Of a stretch of 64,000 nt of DNA, positions 1-8,753 are shown piece by piece. The notes beneath the pieces were generated by a model. The model searched no databases. It had not been told where the DNA came from and saw only the letters and a list, made by a program, of their open reading frames with translations. Origin of the DNA: a virus (lineage: Duplodnaviria > Caudoviricetes); the IMG/VR virus record IMGVR_UViG_2974752881_000001, positions 3,360 to 67,359 of that record; one strand, 5' to 3'. The translations under genes were made by a program, and so were the position numbers. Each line of letters opens with the position of its first letter. Within the stretch, counting starts at the first letter, position 1.

Positions 1-9
1 GAGCTGTCG

Positions 10-417
10 ATGGCCCTCGATGGCCTGGTGCCCGGCCAGACGAACGCGGTGTACCGACTCCGCACGTCGGCTCAGGCAGCCGACGAGGTCCGGAAGCTGT
101 GTCTGAAGGCGGGCTACTACCAGGACTGGCGACAGGGAATCAGCGGGGTGCTCGGCGTCCGGCCGGGTGAGCAGAACCTCGAACTCGACACCGCGGTGAA
201 CAAGATCGGCGAGCTGCGCAAGGACCACGGCGCCCGGGCGACCGGCGACGAGTGGCGAGCGGGGGTCGCTGATGCCCTCGGACGGACCGAGGAGGGCACA
301 TCCCTCGGTCTCGCGGAGGCGGTGACGTCGATCCGTGACCTGCGTCAGGCGAACGGGTTCACGAAGGCGCTGAAGCAGTTCCTCGACGACACCGGCCTCA
401 CGAGGGAGGGGGACTGA
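10..417 (+). CDS. hypothetical protein (may be 5'-truncated by the window edge)
   Basis: 135-aa ORF with GC3-rich codons; TGATG-coupled to the next ORF. Confidence 0.7.
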   Translation: MALDGLVPGQTNAVYRLRTSAQAADEVRKLCLKAGYYQDWRQGISGVLGVRPGEQNLELDTAVNKIGELRKDHGARATGDEWRAGVADALGRTEEGTSLGLAEAVTSIRDLRQANGFTKALKQFLDDTGLTREGD

Positions 418-746
418 TGGTCACCTCGTCAGAATTGGCTCTCGCGGCGGCCACGCTGAAGCAGCTCCGCGAGAGCCTCGGGAAGATCGACCACGGCACC
501 AGCGAGGGCTTCGACGCCGTTCTGGCGGCCATGGAGGACGAGCGAAAGGACCTCGAAGAGCGCGAGGCCGAGCAGGAGAAGGTGCTCCGGCGGGTGAGGG
601 CGCATGTTGCCAACGCGATGACGCCGATCGAGCGCAAGATCACTCACGAGGACCAGGTGAAGCTGTTCGACGATCTGGTCAACGGCCTACTCGACGAGGG
701 GCTGTTGATCCCCTACCTGGGATACGACGAGGAGATCGTGCCGTGA
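417..746 (+). CDS. hypothetical protein (coiled-coil like)
   Basis: 109 aa; SD GGAGGGGG; overlap coupling at both ends. Confidence 0.8.
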   Translation: MVTSSELALAAATLKQLRESLGKIDHGTSEGFDAVLAAMEDERKDLEEREAEQEKVLRRVRAHVANAMTPIERKITHEDQVKLFDDLVNGLLDEGLLIPYLGYDEEIVP

Positions 747-967
747 GCTACAAGACGAAGATGACCTTCTACTGCGACGCGGTGGACTGCAAGGTCAACC
801 AGACCCTCGTGATCGGTGCCGACGGCAAGGTCGAGACCGGCCCCGGGGACCGGCAGCCGGTGTGGTTCTTCCTCACGCGCAACCTCGGGTGGGGCTCGTC
901 GGCCAAGCGCGGAGCGTCGCAGCGGCCGGAGAGCATCCTGACCTTCTGCCCGCAACACCGACGTTAA
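743..967 (+). CDS. small Cys/His hypothetical protein
   Basis: GTGA overlap; CDAVDC...FCPQH possible Zn ligands. Confidence 0.75.
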   Translation: MSYKTKMTFYCDAVDCKVNQTLVIGADGKVETGPGDRQPVWFFLTRNLGWGSSAKRGASQRPESILTFCPQHRR

Positions 968-969
968 GG

Positions 970-998
970 TTGACACCAAGCCGTACGTCACGTACGGT
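970..998 (+). promoter_or_regulatory. SigA-like promoter overlapping a TTGACACCAA operator
   Basis: TTGACA-17 nt-TACGGT; ATG of the next gene is 6 nt after the -10. Confidence 0.75.
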
Positions 999-1004
999 GG
1001 AGTC

Positions 1005-1235
1005 ATGGAAAACGAGACACAGCAGGCGGCGGGCACGACCGTATCGGTCGGCCTGTCGCTGCTGATCACCTTCGTCGTACTCCGGCTCACTGACGTCATC
1101 GACTGGTCGTGGTTCTTCGTGCTGATGCCCCTCTGGGCCCCGGCGCTGATGTTCGCGATCCTGATGGCCTCGGCCGGAATCCTCATGAAGATCAAGAAGG
1201 GAGCTCACCGCCGTGAATCACGTCCCCGACGATGA
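1005..1235 (+). CDS. small membrane protein (2 TM)
   Basis: two hydrophobic segments flanking DVIDWSWFFVLMPLW. Confidence 0.8.
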   Translation: MENETQQAAGTTVSVGLSLLITFVVLRLTDVIDWSWFFVLMPLWAPALMFAILMASAGILMKIKKGAHRRESRPRR

Positions 1236-1836
1236 CGAGTTCGGCACCGAGGCACACGAGCTGCTGGAGCGCTACCTCGGCATCCGCGAAGAAGCCGCGC
1301 AGGGCCGGATGGAAGACCTGAAGCGCGTCATGGCGCCATCGAATCCGTTCCTCCCGCTGGGTGCCCCCCTGCCCGACGACGACTACCCGCTGATCCCAAT
1401 CGGGTATGTCGGCGCCGACGAGTTCGAGGGGCCACAGTACCCGCCGCTGCGCGTCGTAGAGGCGCAGAACCCGGGCTTCCCGATCCGATTCAGCTCGCTC
1501 CAAGTCAGCTTCCCGCGTCGGTGCGGGAAAGAGGAGATGCGAGGGATCATCGGGAAAGCTCGGGCTGGCATGGAGCTCAGCCCGGAGGAGTACGACCGGG
1601 CCAACCAGGTCTTCCGGCATTTCGCCGAGGCGATGCAGCCGGTGATCCGACAGTTCGCCGAGCAGATGCGCAGCCTGGCCGACGTCGTCCAGCAGACGGC
1701 CCTGGAGAACCCCGACGTGTTCTCCGACGGCCCGGTCCACCCCAAGGACGTGCGCGACGAGCGAGGGATCAAGCGCCCCTCGACGAAGCCACCGATGTGG
1801 GCCAACGATCCGACGAAGGGACGGCGCCGCCGATGA
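1213..1836 (+). CDS. hypothetical protein
   Basis: 207 aa; SD AAGGGAG; ATGA-coupled downstream. Confidence 0.7.
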   Translation: MNHVPDDDEFGTEAHELLERYLGIREEAAQGRMEDLKRVMAPSNPFLPLGAPLPDDDYPLIPIGYVGADEFEGPQYPPLRVVEAQNPGFPIRFSSLQVSFPRRCGKEEMRGIIGKARAGMELSPEEYDRANQVFRHFAEAMQPVIRQFAEQMRSLADVVQQTALENPDVFSDGPVHPKDVRDERGIKRPSTKPPMWANDPTKGRRRR

Positions 1837-2198
1837 CTGACGACCACAGCGGGCTGGCGAAGCTCGCCAAGCAGATGGGGTTCTTCCAGGAGCCTGCCAC
1901 GAAGGGCGATGCGCCGGAGTGTGAGGCGAAGAACTGGCGCAACGGCGCCAAGTGCGTGCTTCCCAAGGGACACCCGGGCTGGCACGGCAACCTTACGAGC
2001 ACGTCCTGGCCGCGCCACGAAGACTTCCGGGCCGAAAACTACCCCGACCCCGAGGCCGTCGAGGCGCTCGAAGTCCTCGTCAGCGAGTTCGGCAACACCG
2101 TCGGGTCGATGAGCGCGTCGGACTGGGACGGCATGGAGCTTCTCGGGGACTTCCTGGAGAAGTACGAAGTACGAAAGATCAAGAAGGACAACGAATGA
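1833..2198 (+). CDS. hypothetical protein with C-x8-C-x5-H-x3-H cluster
   Basis: start reassigned to the ATGA overlap at 1833 (MTDDHSG...). Confidence 0.75.
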   Translation: MTDDHSGLAKLAKQMGFFQEPATKGDAPECEAKNWRNGAKCVLPKGHPGWHGNLTSTSWPRHEDFRAENYPDPEAVEALEVLVSEFGNTVGSMSASDWDGMELLGDFLEKYEVRKIKKDNE

Positions 2199-2551
2199 CA
2201 GACATCGAATCGCTCGACGACCTGCCCTCGTTCGCGGTGGAGTCCACCACGACCAAGGTGGTCATGTCGATCGACGGAGCCCCGGACACCCGCGGCAAGT
2301 ATCACGTGAAATCGGTCCGGCCGAGCAAGGCCGTGCTGGTGTTCGAGGGAGCCGGAAACCAGCCCTGGAACCAACACCCCCGGGTTCGCATCAGCCTCAC
2401 CGGTTGGCAGGTGCGCAAGGACGGATCGGCCGGACAGAACGAGACCACGTTCCTCGACGGCGAGTTCGAGGTCCTGCCCTGGATGCTCGAAATGATCGAG
2501 ATCGCCCGGCCGACAACGCACCCGAAGGCCGACGACGAGGTGATCGGATGA
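2195..2551 (+). CDS. hypothetical protein
   Basis: ATGA overlap, SD AAGGA (MTDIESL...). Confidence 0.75.
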   Translation: MTDIESLDDLPSFAVESTTTKVVMSIDGAPDTRGKYHVKSVRPSKAVLVFEGAGNQPWNQHPRVRISLTGWQVRKDGSAGQNETTFLDGEFEVLPWMLEMIEIARPTTHPKADDEVIG

Positions 2552-2988
2552 CCGAGGAGCTGACGTGGGAGGCAGTATCGCGTGGCGTACCCAAGGTGTA
2601 CGCCGACGTCCTGGAGGTGGTCTGGAATCACCGCGAGGGCACGCGCGACGGCGTCGAACTGATGGCGGGAGTCGCCGCACTGGCCGAGAAGGCCAAGGCC
2701 GTGATGGAGATGGGGGACCCGAACGCCGACCCCGACCACCCGAACCGGTGGACCAACGATTCGTCCCTCGGCGCCAAGCTCTACTGGGAGGACTTCCAGG
2801 AGCTCGGTCCCGACCACCCCCGGACCCAGTTCTGGATCCACTTCTTCGCCGGAAACATTGCGCACGCTGGAGGAATGCTGCTTCGGCTGGCAGCCATGTA
2901 CCCCATGGACCCGTTGGGGGAGGGGGAGGGCTTATGGACGGCGGCCGAAGACGACGTCGTGCAGTGGTGCGGGGTCGATCCCGCATGA
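2548..2988 (+). CDS. hypothetical protein
   Basis: ATGA overlap, SD GAGGTG (MTEELTW...). Confidence 0.75.
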   Translation: MTEELTWEAVSRGVPKVYADVLEVVWNHREGTRDGVELMAGVAALAEKAKAVMEMGDPNADPDHPNRWTNDSSLGAKLYWEDFQELGPDHPRTQFWIHFFAGNIAHAGGMLLRLAAMYPMDPLGEGEGLWTAAEDDVVQWCGVDPA

Positions 2989-3239
2989 CGCAGTCGGCCC
3001 CGCAGAGCGGGAGTCGCAGCTCGGCGCGCAAGGCCGGACTGACTGGCTCGAAGCGGTACCGCGTCTTCGTCAAGAAGCTCGTGGCGGCCGGGGCCGAGGT
3101 GCGCAAGCCGATCGGCCAGGGTCACCCCCGCATTTTCTACCGCGGCGAGTTCGTCGCATCCCTGTCATGGACCCCCTCGGACGGACGTGCCGAGAAGAAC
3201 GTGCTCGCGAAGTGTCGTCGAGCAGGAATGGATATTTGA
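2985..3239 (+). CDS. hicA: HicA-like mRNA interferase toxin (84 aa)
   Basis: KKLVAAGAEVRKPIGQGHPRIFY...SWTPSDGRAEKNVLAKCRRAG matches the HicA dsRBD-fold pattern (G-x-H, TPSD-x-R-x2-KN). Confidence 0.7.
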   Translation: MTQSAPQSGSRSSARKAGLTGSKRYRVFVKKLVAAGAEVRKPIGQGHPRIFYRGEFVASLSWTPSDGRAEKNVLAKCRRAGMDI

Positions 3240-3586
3240 TGACCGAAGCTGAACACCGCAGTATCGGGCCCCGGGATGCCCTGCGAGCGCTGCTGTATCG
3301 CGCACAGACCGTCCGTGGGTTCCCGACGGACAACGACATGCTCATGGACGAGTTCCTGGCCGACTGGGTCGTGATGAGCAAGATCGACTACGAGCTGGAC
3401 AGCCTCCGGCAGAACGAGTGGCAACGTGAGGCGAAGCTGGCGTTCGCGGTCATGGTGCAGTCGCTCGCGGCCGTCGGCGAGCAACTGAAGACCGACATCG
3501 GCTCGATGGTCATGGCCAAGGCCAAGGAGATCTTCGAGTTCCACGGACACGACGTCGACGAGGCGTTGGAGAGGTTCCTGCCATGA
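3239..3586 (+). CDS. hypothetical acidic helical protein
   Basis: TGATG overlap with hicA-like gene. Confidence 0.75.
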   Translation: MTEAEHRSIGPRDALRALLYRAQTVRGFPTDNDMLMDEFLADWVVMSKIDYELDSLRQNEWQREAKLAFAVMVQSLAAVGEQLKTDIGSMVMAKAKEIFEFHGHDVDEALERFLP

Positions 3587-3912
3587 AGAGGTTGGCGGCG
3601 ATGTTCGCAGGTCTGCGATTCCGTCGCGAGTACGCGGTGGAGTGGGTGCATCTGGCGCCCGACCCCGCACGGCCCGGCGAGCAGAAGGTCGTGACGACGC
3701 AGTCAGAAGCGACGCGGTCGTGGGAGGTCGCGAGGTCGGCGTCGAAGTGGCTCAACGGGGCACCCGGGATCATGTGGGCCCGCGTCGTCGAGCGGTCGGT
3801 GCGCGAGGAGCGCGAGCACTGGTGGCGGCCGTGGCGGACGACCGGCGAGACCCGTTGGTACGAGCTGGAGCTCGGCGGGTCCGAGGGAAAGCCGATGTTC
3901 CAGACCGACTAG
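3583..3912 (+). CDS. hypothetical Trp-rich protein
   Basis: ATGA overlap; 109 aa. Confidence 0.7.
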   Translation: MKRLAAMFAGLRFRREYAVEWVHLAPDPARPGEQKVVTTQSEATRSWEVARSASKWLNGAPGIMWARVVERSVREEREHWWRPWRTTGETRWYELELGGSEGKPMFQTD

Positions 3913-3913
3913 T

Positions 3914-3942
3914 TTGACTGGGTTGACGTCAACCCTTACAGT
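3914..3942 (+). promoter_or_regulatory. SigA-like promoter whose spacer is the perfect palindrome GGGTTGACGTCAACCC (3920-3935)
   Basis: TTGACT-17 nt-TACAGT; SD GAGAGGA upstream of 3968. Confidence 0.85.
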
Positions 3943-3967
3943 GGACTGACCTGCACGAGAGGAACCC

Positions 3968-4174
3968 ATGCCCATTCGTCGAGACCGGACCACGCCGGTC
4001 GAGATCCGTATCTTTGGCTTCTACCTGGTCATTTACCAGATGGCGAAGCAGGGGCCGGGTCGCAACCTGCGCGCCGGGACGATCCGTCGCAACATCGTCG
4101 GCGGCAAGACCGTCGGCATCGCGATCGTCCTCCGGGCTCAGTCGTGGACCATGTCGCTCGGGAAGATGCAATGA
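3968..4174 (+). CDS. hypothetical protein
   Basis: 68 aa, strong SD, first gene after the promoter. Confidence 0.75.
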   Translation: MPIRRDRTTPVEIRIFGFYLVIYQMAKQGPGRNLRAGTIRRNIVGGKTVGIAIVLRAQSWTMSLGKMQ

Positions 4175-4473
4175 CCATCGCCGTCGGCCGACGTCCCGGC
4201 GCAGCACAGGGAGGACAGTTCGCACCGCGGGCCACGCTCGTCGGCTGTGACTTCCCGTTGTGCGACAAGGCCATCCACTTCCCGGTCAACATGCAGTCGT
4301 CGAGCGCGCAGTGCGTCCGCGACACCATCCGGTTCATGCAGCGGTACGACCGGGACCCGAAGATCTCCGGCTGGACTGTCGACACCACCGTCGACCCGGC
4401 GAAGTTCTTCTGCTCCCGGCACGCCGACATGCCGAAGCGGCCGACCGGCACCCTGATCCTCCCAACGAATTGA
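4171..4473 (+). CDS. hypothetical protein (RRPG..GGQFAP N-terminus; Cys/His motifs)
   Basis: ATGA overlap. Confidence 0.75.
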   Translation: MTIAVGRRPGAAQGGQFAPRATLVGCDFPLCDKAIHFPVNMQSSSAQCVRDTIRFMQRYDRDPKISGWTVDTTVDPAKFFCSRHADMPKRPTGTLILPTN

Positions 4474-4479
4474 GACCCG

Positions 4480-4893
4480 ATGTCTGACAGTGAAATTGAG
4501 CTGACGATCAACGATTACCAGCTCGCCAACGAGACGCTGGAGAAGGTCCGCGCGCGCAAGCTGGCGGACAAGAAGCTCTCCCGCAAGGACCAGGCGATCC
4601 TGGTCTACGCCGCGGACGCCGTCGCTGCACACCGCACCGCGGATCTGCTCCGGGACTGCCTGCCCGATCCGCCGATGTTCGCCGTGAGCAGCGTCGACGA
4701 GGAGGTCGCCGCCGCGGTCGCGCAGGGCCGGGCCGCCGCCGTCAGTCGCGGTTGGCGTCTCCGGTACTTCCGGCGGATGCTGATGCAAGCGGAGACCGCG
4801 CTGAACCGAGGTCTCCGGATCGGCGAGGAGAACTTCGCGCGGTCGGTCCGGTCCGACTTCGAGTCCGTCTTCGCCTCGGAGCTGAGCGAGTGA
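4480..4893 (+). CDS. hypothetical protein
   Basis: 137-aa ORF with typical codon use. Confidence 0.75.
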   Translation: MSDSEIELTINDYQLANETLEKVRARKLADKKLSRKDQAILVYAADAVAAHRTADLLRDCLPDPPMFAVSSVDEEVAAAVAQGRAAAVSRGWRLRYFRRMLMQAETALNRGLRIGEENFARSVRSDFESVFASELSE

Positions 4894-5153
4894 GCCACGA
4901 GCAGCTCGTCGGCGAGCTGAAGGTCACCAAGCGCATCGACCCGGACCGCGTCGGCCGGGTGCTGAAGCAGAACTACGACACCGTCCACTCCATGACGAAC
5001 GACCAGGTGAGCAACCTGATCCGACAGGCCGAGGCCGACATGAAGCGGTGCTACGACGCCTCGGAGACGCTTCGAGAGGTCGGCGGACAGCTCGGCGGGA
5101 TCATGGAGATGGCCCTGGCCGAAGCGCTGAAGAGGAACATCAGAATCCAGTGA
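4890..5153 (+). CDS. hypothetical protein
   Basis: GTGA overlap (MSHEQLVG...). Confidence 0.75.
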   Translation: MSHEQLVGELKVTKRIDPDRVGRVLKQNYDTVHSMTNDQVSNLIRQAEADMKRCYDASETLREVGGQLGGIMEMALAEALKRNIRIQ

Positions 5154-5524
5154 GCACGATGGAACGACTGGTGATCGCGGTTGGCGGGTGGCTGTTTCTC
5201 GCCGCGGCCGTGAACGCCAAGGAGCATCACTGGCTTGCGGTCGGCGTATGCCTGGCCTGGGGAACCGCGTGTTTCCTCGGGGTCTTCGGGTATGCCGCCG
5301 ACCGCCGGACACGACGTGCGCAGCGACAGAATAGCGCATTACTGGCGCAGATTGAGCGCGACCAGAGGATGATCGACCAACAGCAGTACCGCTCGGGAGA
5401 GTGGATCAGGACCCAGGAGGGGCACTATGTCCGGCTCGGAGATGACACCGGAGGAAGTGGCGGAGGCGTCGGCGGACACGATTCGCAACGCGATGAACTC
5501 GGAGACGAAGATTCGGTTCGGTGA
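5150..5524 (+). CDS. membrane protein (2 TM)
   Basis: GTGA overlap; two hydrophobic segments; 3' end overlaps the next gene by about 98 nt. Confidence 0.6.
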   Translation: MSTMERLVIAVGGWLFLAAAVNAKEHHWLAVGVCLAWGTACFLGVFGYAADRRTRRAQRQNSALLAQIERDQRMIDQQQYRSGEWIRTQEGHYVRLGDDTGGSGGGVGGHDSQRDELGDEDSVR

Positions 5525-5720
5525 GGACTTCTTCGTCAAGCACGCCATCGTGATCGCGCTCGTCGAGCGCCCCCGCGGCGACCTGGAGAAACCGAACGCC
5601 GAGCGGTTCTCCCTGCTGGTCAAGAACCTCGACTCGGTGAACCCCGGGATCGCCATCAACATGCTCCGCGAAGCAGCCGCGAAGTTCCAGGCCAAGAAGG
5701 CCGAACAGGGAGGAACCTGA
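5427..5720 (+). CDS. hypothetical protein
   Basis: SD AGGAGGGG; TGATG-coupled to lysB-like gene. Confidence 0.75.
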   Translation: MSGSEMTPEEVAEASADTIRNAMNSETKIRFGEDFFVKHAIVIALVERPRGDLEKPNAERFSLLVKNLDSVNPGIAINMLREAAAKFQAKKAEQGGT

Positions 5721-6493
5721 TGTCCGCACCACCGATCGTCCTGCGCACACTCCGCGGGACCGGCGAGCCCTTCCAGGGCAACACCGGACCTCTCGGCGCA
5801 CAGCCGGACGGAACCAATGGCTTCAACATGATGGACGACATCACCAGGCGCGCAGCATCTCTCGGCGTCGCTCACTACCCGGTGCCGTACTACGCCTCGA
5901 TAGCCCCGGCCGGGGGCACGAAGATGTTCCACGAGAGCTACGCCGACGGCTACCGGCGGGCTCAGCTCGCCGACGCCGACGGCCATCCGACCATCTGGGC
6001 CTTCTACTCGCTCGGTGCCCTCATCGGCGGGGATCTGTTGGCCGCCGGGGCCCTCGGCAACTGCGTCGGCGCGATCCTGATCTCCGACCCGATGCGACAC
6101 TCGAAGCAGATCGACCCGGAGTGCAAAGTCAACCGTGCGCACTACGGGTGCGTCGACCGACGGTTCATCACGACGACCACGGAGTTTCATCAGATCTCCG
6201 CTCCCGATGATCCGATCTCGGCGTTGGCCGCCACCAACGGATTCCGGACCCTCGCGCAGGCGATCACCGGCGTCCGGCAGCCGTGGAACGTCGGATTCCT
6301 CGATCTGAACGCCACCCTCGATGCGGTCCGGCGGTACCTCGGCACGCCGCCGAACGCGATCCTTCGCACCCCCGCGCGTCCGAGTCGACACGTCATCTAC
6401 AACTCCGAGAAGATGCCCGGATCGACCAAGACCTACACCGGCCACGCCGCCGACCTAGTCGAGCAGATGATCCGGCGACATCGAGCGGCGTGA
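5720..6493 (+). CDS. lysB: lysin B-like cutinase/serine esterase (alpha/beta hydrolase)
   Basis: LRGTGEP N-terminus, YPVPYYAS, nucleophile elbow FYSLGA, ISDPMR, DDPIS. Confidence 0.75.
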   Translation: MSAPPIVLRTLRGTGEPFQGNTGPLGAQPDGTNGFNMMDDITRRAASLGVAHYPVPYYASIAPAGGTKMFHESYADGYRRAQLADADGHPTIWAFYSLGALIGGDLLAAGALGNCVGAILISDPMRHSKQIDPECKVNRAHYGCVDRRFITTTTEFHQISAPDDPISALAATNGFRTLAQAITGVRQPWNVGFLDLNATLDAVRRYLGTPPNAILRTPARPSRHVIYNSEKMPGSTKTYTGHAADLVEQMIRRHRAA

Positions 6494-6544
6494 TACGCTG
6501 ACGCCGTCTTCTACTCGTGCAGGTAGCGGGACAGCCACAGCAGT

Positions 6545-6580
6545 CGAAACCCCCGGTCCACAAGGCTGGGGGTTTCGTCT
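6545..6580 (+). terminator. intrinsic terminator
   Basis: CGAAACCCCCGG-9 nt-CTGGGGGTTTCG followed by TCTT. Confidence 0.75.
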
Positions 6581-6602
6581 TGCTCGGGGGTACGATCGCG
6601 CC

Positions 6603-6854
6603 ATGTCGTCATCGTCGAGCCGCGCCAAGGGGAAGGCCTCCGACGGCGCCAACCTGAAGGTGTACTGGTCGACCGGCAAGGGCGGGGCCAAGATCAAATG
6701 GAACACCCCAGGGGACATGACCAGGTGTATCCGGTACATCCGCAAGTACGCAGAGAAGGAGGGCTTCTCCGCGGAGGGGTTCTGCGCTCGGCTGCACAAG
6801 CAGATGACCGGCGTCTACCCAGGTGACAAGCGCAACGTGGGTCGCAAGACGTGA
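6603..6854 (+). CDS. small basic conserved phage protein (YW..GKGGAKIKWNTPGD..RC...FCARLH), probably leaderless
   Basis: 83 aa; TACGAT 6 nt before ATG and no SD. Confidence 0.75.
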   Translation: MSSSSSRAKGKASDGANLKVYWSTGKGGAKIKWNTPGDMTRCIRYIRKYAEKEGFSAEGFCARLHKQMTGVYPGDKRNVGRKT

Positions 6855-8737
6855 GTCGCTCAGTTCCACAGAGATGGGAATGGGTCTATGGAGAAAACGG
6901 AGAGCTAGTGGCAACGAATCCAGGTGCTCGCGTCAACCGGGTCTACACGGCAGCGAAGCTAACCGAGCTTAACCCGACCCTGCTCGACGGACAGATGGTC
7001 CTAGAGAAGGACACCGGTGCGTTGAAGATTGGCGACGGGACGCTAGCCTGGCGAGACCTACCTTACTTCGTGGGGGCTGTCGCGCAGCTTTCTGACGAGC
7101 AGCTCAGCGAGGTGCTGGACGCTAAGGGGCTCCTCACTCAAGAGGAGGCCGACGCCGCTTATGCCCCGACGGTGGACTCACGGGTCCCCGCCGCTAACCT
7201 TCCCCAGGCATTCCGCACCACCGACAGCCAGCCGTTCGCTGCCAGCTCGCACTGGAACACCCCTATTGGCACCGAGGTGCTCTTCGAGTCAGCCAGCGAC
7301 TCGGCGACGGCCAGTCTGCTCGCCGCCACCCCAGCCATCAACGACGGCACGGTCTACGGATTCACCAACAATATCGCGCGACCAACGGACCCTCTTTGCA
7401 CGGCAGTGTGGAAGTCGGGGGGAGTGACTCACGGGAACTTCCAGTTCAAGTGCCCCTATGACCCGATCATCTCCTCGGGCACCGACCTCTCGATGCGCGT
7501 GATCGACGGCCGGTGGGCATTTGACCTATGGAAGACTGTTCGCACCGGGGTGTTCAAGTTCGAGGCCGAGTTCATCACCAAGACCGACCTTCTCGGAACC
7601 GGCCGCAATGCGGGGACCCGGGCCGCACGCTGGCCGACGGCGGGTGGACTGATCCGTGCTCACGAGCTGACCTACATCCCGCACGCCATCGCGATGTCGA
7701 TCCCCGGGACCTCGTTGAAGCGCGGGTTCGTGTGGCCCGCAGCGGCCGAGGACGCCGCTGGCGTGGTCTACTCGGGCCAGGTTCCCATGGGCTCGTTCTT
7801 CGCCATCCCGCCCAACGTCAATCTCGACTCCCTCGGGCTGTCGGTCGAGGGCTACGCCCTGGCTGAAGCGATGCAGAACTACGGGGTCTACATCGGCGAC
7901 CAGTCCGGATCGGCTGCGATTTCAGTCGACGGCGAGGCCTACACTTCGGCTCGTCCGGCACTGGAACGGATGCGAACCGACTGGACTACCAAGATCTTCC
8001 AGCAGCTTCGTCGGGTCACGAATCTCGCTGAGCCCCAGCCGGGTGGCCCCGGTCCCCGCAAGGTTGCACCGACCGGCCCTGTCACGGTCCGCGGCGACTC
8101 GCAGGACTTCCTCGTTGACAACCTCTCGCTGAAGCTCCAGGCCCTTCTAGGGACCACAATCACCTCGGACGACTTCACCGTCCCGGCGGCGACGATGGTT
8201 CCGACGACCGCTTCCCAAGGAGGGAAGCCGTGCAACTGGACAGGGTATCCTCTCCAGTACCGAATCGCCGACGGCGCGATCAAGCGCATCGCCGAGCCCG
8301 ACGGCCAGACCCGGCTGCTGATGCTCGCCGTTGGCAAGCGAGACGTCAGGGTCAAGTTTCGGGTGAAGGCCTTGCACGCCTCCGGCTTCTGCTACGTGGC
8401 ACTGGCCACAGCGGGGTCGGGAGAGAACTATCGCCTGGCCATCACTTCGCAGGGGAGCTGCCACCTCCAGCGGGTGGCGCCGGGTGAGTCGGCGGTGGCG
8501 ATCACCCCCGGAACCCCGAACGGAACGATCGGCGCGAACAAGGACGTCGAGGTCTCGATTCGGGGGAACCGGCTGGAGTACAAGGTCGATGGCGAAGTGA
8601 CGGGGGAGGTCTACGACGTCGCCGAGATCGCCGGGACCAGTGTCGGCATCTGGTTCCCCAGCGACACCGCCATCGCCTGGACCAACCTCGTCGTGCAGAC
8701 AATCCCTCGACTGACCCGCAAGATCAGCGCCGGGTAA
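6851..8737 (+). CDS. putative receptor-binding/tail-spike protein: Mtd-N-like anchor + glycan-acting-like middle domain + ConA/LamG-like C-terminus
   Basis: LLDGQMVLEKDTGALKIGDGTLAWRDLPY (Mtd/hyaluronidase N-terminal motif); beta-rich C-terminus. Confidence 0.65.
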   Translation: MSRSVPQRWEWVYGENGELVATNPGARVNRVYTAAKLTELNPTLLDGQMVLEKDTGALKIGDGTLAWRDLPYFVGAVAQLSDEQLSEVLDAKGLLTQEEADAAYAPTVDSRVPAANLPQAFRTTDSQPFAASSHWNTPIGTEVLFESASDSATASLLAATPAINDGTVYGFTNNIARPTDPLCTAVWKSGGVTHGNFQFKCPYDPIISSGTDLSMRVIDGRWAFDLWKTVRTGVFKFEAEFITKTDLLGTGRNAGTRAARWPTAGGLIRAHELTYIPHAIAMSIPGTSLKRGFVWPAAAEDAAGVVYSGQVPMGSFFAIPPNVNLDSLGLSVEGYALAEAMQNYGVYIGDQSGSAAISVDGEAYTSARPALERMRTDWTTKIFQQLRRVTNLAEPQPGGPGPRKVAPTGPVTVRGDSQDFLVDNLSLKLQALLGTTITSDDFTVPAATMVPTTASQGGKPCNWTGYPLQYRIADGAIKRIAEPDGQTRLLMLAVGKRDVRVKFRVKALHASGFCYVALATAGSGENYRLAITSQGSCHLQRVAPGESAVAITPGTPNGTIGANKDVEVSIRGNRLEYKVDGEVTGEVYDVAEIAGTSVGIWFPSDTAIAWTNLVVQTIPRLTRKISAG

Positions 8738-8753
8738 CGGCTACAATCCTGAC

